Positions 26,475 through 30,601 of a DNA stretch of 30,601 nt are shown here, piece after piece (position 1 is the stretch's first letter; every line of letters starts with the position of its first letter). The stretch is from positions 1-30,601 of IMG/VR virus record IMGVR_UViG_3300032239_000359; one strand, 5' to 3'. Below the pieces are notes generated by a model. It searched no databases, was not told the origin of the DNA, and was given only the letters and a program-made list of their open reading frames with translations. This DNA comes from a virus. Taxonomy: Duplodnaviria; Caudoviricetes. A program made the translations under genes and the position numbers.

Positions 26475-27020
26475 TTATTCCCCCTGTTGTTGTTTGTATA
26501 TTTTTGTATTGGTTAAAACGCTCAAGCCATCTTCAACTGCAAGTGCTAAAGCATTATAGACAATATCAACATTTCGTGGCTTGTAAGCCGTTACTGCTAA
26601 GTATGGATGTGCTTCTTGATCTACCCAATTTTTCTTGTTGCCAAAAACAGGGTGTCTCCATCTGCGCTTGCGACCTTCAAGATAATAAGGCAAGGTGCGG
26701 GGTCTGCCCGAGATTGCCATAAAGTCAGTTGTTGAAACTCTTATCTGCAAGACACCGCCCTTGCCGGTTCCGTTAAATCGAGACTTAACAGAACTGGCAA
26801 CGGCACGGCGCAAACTAAATAAATTTTCATATCCTTGTTGAGTTTTGCTTGATTCTACCTTTGATGGCAAAGATAATGCAGCTTGCTTGATGTCTGCCAC
26901 AATAGGTTTTGCAGCAACATTCAAACGCTTTCGCATTGACTTTTGAATCTCAGGACTGACGGCACCAATTGACTTATAGAACGAGATGAACTCTGAGCGA
27001 TCAATCATTGGTGCGGTCAT
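26475..27020 (-). CDS. HK97 gp10-like neck/tail-completion protein
   Basis: Basic protein with WRHPVFGN..NWV.Q...PYL. Likely ATG start at 27020. Confidence 0.65.
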   Translation of the reverse strand: MTAPMIDRSEFISFYKSIGAVSPEIQKSMRKRLNVAAKPIVADIKQAALSLPSKVESSKTQQGYENLFSLRRAVASSVKSRFNGTGKGGVLQIRVSTTDFMAISGRPRTLPYYLEGRKRRWRHPVFGNKKNWVDQEAHPYLAVTAYKPRNVDIVYNALALAVEDGLSVLTNTKIYKQQQGE

Positions 27021-27033
27021 TGGCAAACCTCAA

Positions 27034-27963
27034 TTATGCAACAGGTGTATAGACGATTGTAAGTGGCTGATCTGTTCCATTATCGTATGCTTGGAATGTA
27101 AAGTTGATGTCAATAACTTCAGGACCGCCTACTTGTGGCGCATCTCCATCAAACTTAACCGCTGGCAAGGTGATAGATAGGACTGAAGAACTTGGACCTG
27201 AAAAGGTTAAGACAAGTGCTGCAGATGTATCTGCTAAGAACTTTGCAAGCAATGTTGTGTCTGTAAATTCTGCAGTAAGGCTGCCAGTGATTGCACGGAA
27301 ACCATTGATAATCTGTTCAGCCTTGACACCTGCAGAACCTAGATTAAAACGGTCAGTTTTCAATACATTATCTACAGACAAGGTGAAATCCTTGATGTTA
27401 GCAACAGATGAACCATCAACAGTTATTGCACCTTGAGCAAAGTGGAAAACTGAATTACCAGATGGGAAAGATGCGGTTGCAAGTGATGTTGAAGTTGTAA
27501 AAGATGCGCCATCAATAGTGAAGCGACCCGTTGCAATTGCACTCTGAGCTGCTGAGATTTCAAAAGATGAAATCTTGCAACCGGCGATTGTCTTAGGCGT
27601 TACTGTGCCGCCGTATTGTGGAACGCCAACTTGGGCAGTAAATGACTTGCCATAGACATCGCCGAGAGTATAAGTACCGCTTGTTTGAACGGTTCCTCCC
27701 ATTGCGTATGAAAGCAATAATCCTAAGCCCTTTGTTGGAAGGTCAAGGTTAATGTCACCTGTTGCATCTGAAGTAGTAACTACACGGCGCCCTGAGCGAG
27801 CAACCTGACCACCTGCACGAAGTCCTAAGCCAACTGAGATGTTCTTGTGGTAGTTAATGTTTTCATTGGTGAACTCGTAAAAGGTCGAAACCGCTACGGG
27901 TGTGTTAAATGTTGTTTCAGTTGCGATTCCAAGTTGGGAACCAATACCTGAGCCGATAGCCAT
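27034..27963 (-). CDS. Major tail tube protein
   Basis: GSQLGIATETTF.T N-terminus, beta-rich, 309 aa, upstream of the chaperones. Confidence 0.85.
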   Translation of the reverse strand: MAIGSGIGSQLGIATETTFNTPVAVSTFYEFTNENINYHKNISVGLGLRAGGQVARSGRRVVTTSDATGDINLDLPTKGLGLLLSYAMGGTVQTSGTYTLGDVYGKSFTAQVGVPQYGGTVTPKTIAGCKISSFEISAAQSAIATGRFTIDGASFTTSTSLATASFPSGNSVFHFAQGAITVDGSSVANIKDFTLSVDNVLKTDRFNLGSAGVKAEQIINGFRAITGSLTAEFTDTTLLAKFLADTSAALVLTFSGPSSSVLSITLPAVKFDGDAPQVGGPEVIDINFTFQAYDNGTDQPLTIVYTPVA

Positions 27964-27965
27964 CT

Positions 27966-28160
27966 TTATTCTCCTATTTCAGTTGTTGCAGGGGTTACTG
28001 AGACTGCGGCTTTATCGGCTGCCGCCCAGTTGTCGGTCTGTGCTAAAAGTGATGCTGCAGCCTCATCGCTTACTTCAATGATTGCCCCCGCCTTCACTTC
28101 AATATCAAGGCTAGGAATAATGAGATCGCCTAGCGGTGAAACATTCTTAATTTTTGCCAT
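27966..28160 (-). CDS. Small virion-associated hypothetical protein
   Basis: 64 aa, SD AGGAGA, within the tail operon. Confidence 0.7.
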   Translation of the reverse strand: MAKIKNVSPLGDLIIPSLDIEVKAGAIIEVSDEAAASLLAQTDNWAAADKAAVSVTPATTEIGE

Positions 28161-28169
28161 TTTTTCTCC

Positions 28170-28628
28170 TTATGTTCTTGCCTTGTAATAAATGGTGAAA
28201 ACGATTTTTACTTCAGCTCCGGATGTTGTTTGATTGTAACTCAAGGTTTGACTGTCCAACCCTGAAAAAAGAACTGTTCCACTAAATGATGGATCGGCTC
28301 TAATAACTGTATCAACTGCCGAAATGTATTGCCGTGCTTGTGTGCGAAGGCTTGAAATATTGGTATCGCCATTCCAAACATCTAGCACACAATTGACATA
28401 ACCTTCTTCAAACATTGACTTTGCGCCAAGTTGCTTATACTCATTTTTTGCATTGAAAGCCACAACTTCGCCATCTTCAGTTCCATCGTGACCTACCGCA
28501 AGCCAAATAGATGGATCGGAAGAATCAATCTCAGGACCGTCAAAGATTCGAACGGCTGACAAAGATGATGCAGCTTTGAAAGCGGCTACCATTGCATCAA
28601 TAAAACCTTCGGCTGCTGAAGTTGCCAT
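28170..28628 (-). CDS. Putative tail terminator
   Basis: 152 aa between the adaptor and tail tube genes. Assignment is by synteny. Confidence 0.6.
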   Translation of the reverse strand: MATSAAEGFIDAMVAAFKAASSLSAVRIFDGPEIDSSDPSIWLAVGHDGTEDGEVVAFNAKNEYKQLGAKSMFEEGYVNCVLDVWNGDTNISSLRTQARQYISAVDTVIRADPSFSGTVLFSGLDSQTLSYNQTTSGAEVKIVFTIYYKART

Positions 28629-29474
28629 TTATGCCATACCCGGCAAACTCATCTGATCTAGCAACTCCATACAACGGCGTGGCAATGAATAGGTAGCGGT
28701 TGTATAGAAATCATCACCTGATTGATTGCGACCTACAACTGCAGTTGGACCGCGTTGTGTCTGCCATAGGTGACGGATAATTTCAAGAACACCTTGTTTA
28801 GCAGCAGCAGGAGGATTGATAAAACCTGAAACATAAGAAATCTTGATGTTGTTAGCGCCAGGTGCCCAAATGCCGAAGTAATTAGGACCTGCAATTGAGC
28901 CTGTAGTAATACGAGAAATGCGCTGACCTGTAGGATCAACTGCATAATTGCTTGCAGTTAATAATGTTCCACTTTCATAGATTGAAGTAATACTCAATGC
29001 TCGTGGATTGCGAAGGCGAATTATATCTGTATTGCCATCGTAGAGTTCATCGGTAAATACTTGGCGCCCAAGAACGCAACCGACATAGTTTTCAGCCAAG
29101 TCACTTGCAGCATCTACGAAACGGCGAAGTTCCTCATCTAAATCTGTATTGGTAGCGGGAATGTTAAGGTGAGCCTTAACCTCATCAAGTGCCACAATAG
29201 AAAGATGTGTTGAATCGCGAACAGTAAAATCATCTTGATAGGCGCTTGCATTAGTACCCGTTGCTACCCAACGAATTATGTAACGGCCTGAAGTTGTCGG
29301 CGTGTAGCTGACATCGTAAAGACCTGTTCCTGAATTAGTAACGCTAGGAGTTGATGTTGTTCCATCGGGTGCGGTGATGGTTGCAACAACGGCAGTTGCA
29401 TTAGCAGGTGTGCCTGTAGCATCGGTGATTGTTACTCCAAGAGCAGCAACATCGCCTAAATCATAAACTGCCAT
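28629..29474 (-). CDS. Head-tail adaptor (gp6/gp15-like) with N-terminal Ig-like domain
   Basis: N-terminal beta domain (PDGT, G.Y...Y.P...GRY..RW), then LDEVKAHLNI...D.EL...AA...AENY, and ..HLWQTQR. Confidence 0.8.
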   Translation of the reverse strand: MAVYDLGDVAALGVTITDATGTPANATAVVATITAPDGTTSTPSVTNSGTGLYDVSYTPTTSGRYIIRWVATGTNASAYQDDFTVRDSTHLSIVALDEVKAHLNIPATNTDLDEELRRFVDAASDLAENYVGCVLGRQVFTDELYDGNTDIIRLRNPRALSITSIYESGTLLTASNYAVDPTGQRISRITTGSIAGPNYFGIWAPGANNIKISYVSGFINPPAAAKQGVLEIIRHLWQTQRGPTAVVGRNQSGDDFYTTATYSLPRRCMELLDQMSLPGMA

Positions 29475-29671
29475 TATCTACCTCTCATCATTGGTGTTGC
29501 TATTGTGCGCAAAATCGCATTTCCTCGATTTGAAAAATAATTATATGTGACAAGTGGTTCATTGTATTTGACCTGTGGCTCGTTGTATCTATAATGAGAA
29601 ATGGTTGCATCTGTAGATATGCGAGCAAAAATTTGAGCAGTTGCAACATTTCTTGGTTTCATATTAACCAT
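29474..29671 (-). CDS. Hypothetical protein
   Basis: 65 aa with YNEP repeats, overlapping both neighbours. Confidence 0.55.
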   Translation of the reverse strand: MVNMKPRNVATAQIFARISTDATISHYRYNEPQVKYNEPLVTYNYFSNRGNAILRTIATPMMRGR

Positions 29672-30601
29672 TTATTGCTCCTTTGTAATGCTCTAAGTTT
29701 TCTTTCAAACGCTCAATCCACGGTGCAAGTTCAAGCGCCTTTTGCCCCTGCTCTAACGCCTCTTTGTAATTGCCTAAATTGTACGCCGATATTGCAATTA
29801 AATCGTGTGGCAGGTATCCCCAAGCATCTGATTCTACCAAGTATTCAAGCGGTTGCTGAGTTATTTTCAAGGCAGAATAAGCAATTGCATAACAATCTAG
29901 CCATTGACCTTTTGAATAGTAATACTCAGCCAAATCAACTCGTGGTTCACGACTAATTGGTGATTCTGCTATTGCTCGCAACAACCAACTTTCCTGATTA
30001 TCGTGATCCATCTTTGCCAAATAACGCATTGAAGCAGCTCGTTCAGGTTTCCATACTGCCTTCGGTAAGGCTAAATGGCGGTTAAATTGTGCGATTGCCT
30101 CGGTGTAGTGATTGTTAAAAAATAGTTCGCGAGCATAATAAAAAGCATTTCGGTCATTATCAGGATCCTCTTGAATTGCAAGGCGCAACAATGGGTAATA
30201 CTGACCACGAGATTTGCTTTCATCGGGATGGTGATGAATTTCCAAATCAATCCACGCCTGAGATTCTTCACCGCTTGGTGTCAATGTCTCGTGAACAGGA
30301 TGCTTCCAACGATAACCTGTCCGAGCGTGAATCTTATCCCCACCGTATGTAAGCCCCGTAGAGCCGTCGGGATTCCAGCTCCAAGTATATTTGTACCGTG
30401 GGCGAGTTATGTCCTCAGAAGTGGCTTCTAGGGCTTTACGCCAGCCTTCTTGCAACTGCTCATCCATATCTAAAGCGATACACATATCCACATCGCTAGG
30501 CAAGGCAGCAAGAGCTGCGTTGCGGGCATCGTCAAAGCGCCACGGCTTGATTGCTATCTTGATGACATTGATGCCCAAATTTTCGGCGTACTTGACTGTC
30601 A
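29664..30601 (-). CDS. GT2 glycosyltransferase with C-terminal TPR repeats, 5' end outside the window
   Basis: Frame is open to the edge (TVKYAENLGINV). FDDARNAAL, LDMDE, W..PVHE, HHPD..KSR..Y, then TPR-like helices. Confidence 0.88.
   Translation of the reverse strand, partial: TVKYAENLGINVIKIAIKPWRFDDARNAALAALPSDVDMCIALDMDEQLQEGWRKALEATSEDITRPRYKYTWSWNPDGSTGLTYGGDKIHARTGYRWKHPVHETLTPSGEESQAWIDLEIHHHPDESKSRGQYYPLLRLAIQEDPDNDRNAFYYARELFFNNHYTEAIAQFNRHLALPKAVWKPERAASMRYLAKMDHDNQESWLLRAIAESPISREPRVDLAEYYYSKGQWLDCYAIAYSALKITQQPLEYLVESDAWGYLPHDLIAISAYNLGNYKEALEQGQKALELAPWIERLKENLEHYKGAING

Noticed and set aside
2258-30431. Numerous plus-strand ORFs opposite structural and replication genes (e.g. 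3659..4069, 7909..8232, 25631..26122)
   Set aside because: They lie antisense to well-supported genes and show no recognisable motifs.

Overview
This window is most of a small siphovirus-type (HK97-fold) phage genome, almost all on the minus strand. A WhiB gene points to an actinobacterial host, and the gene set resembles freshwater actinophages (inference). Minus-strand order: GT-TPR glycosyltransferase (partial, right edge), head-tail and tail genes with a -1 frameshifted chaperone, tape measure, tail fibre, lysis genes, a short divergent plus-strand operon, HslV/proteasome-beta-like protease, resolvase, WhiB, transglycosylase, Cas4-like exonuclease, SSB-like gene, Mom-like DNA modifier, primase-helicase, HNH genes, terminase, portal, prohead protease, major capsid, a second glycosyltransferase and a collagen-like fibre (partial, left edge). 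No integrase is visible. Top observations: (1) a 76-nt non-canonical tRNA-Gly-like cloverleaf ending in CCA lies in frame inside the 5' end of the mom-like gene, a candidate dedicated glycyl donor or regulator for DNA hypermodification; (2) the prohead protease is fused to a Dps/mini-ferritin domain with intact ferroxidase ligand spacing and has internal SD+ATG sites at the domain borders; (3) glycosyltransferases sit next to a Thr-rich collagen gene by the capsid gene, suggesting virion glycosylation.
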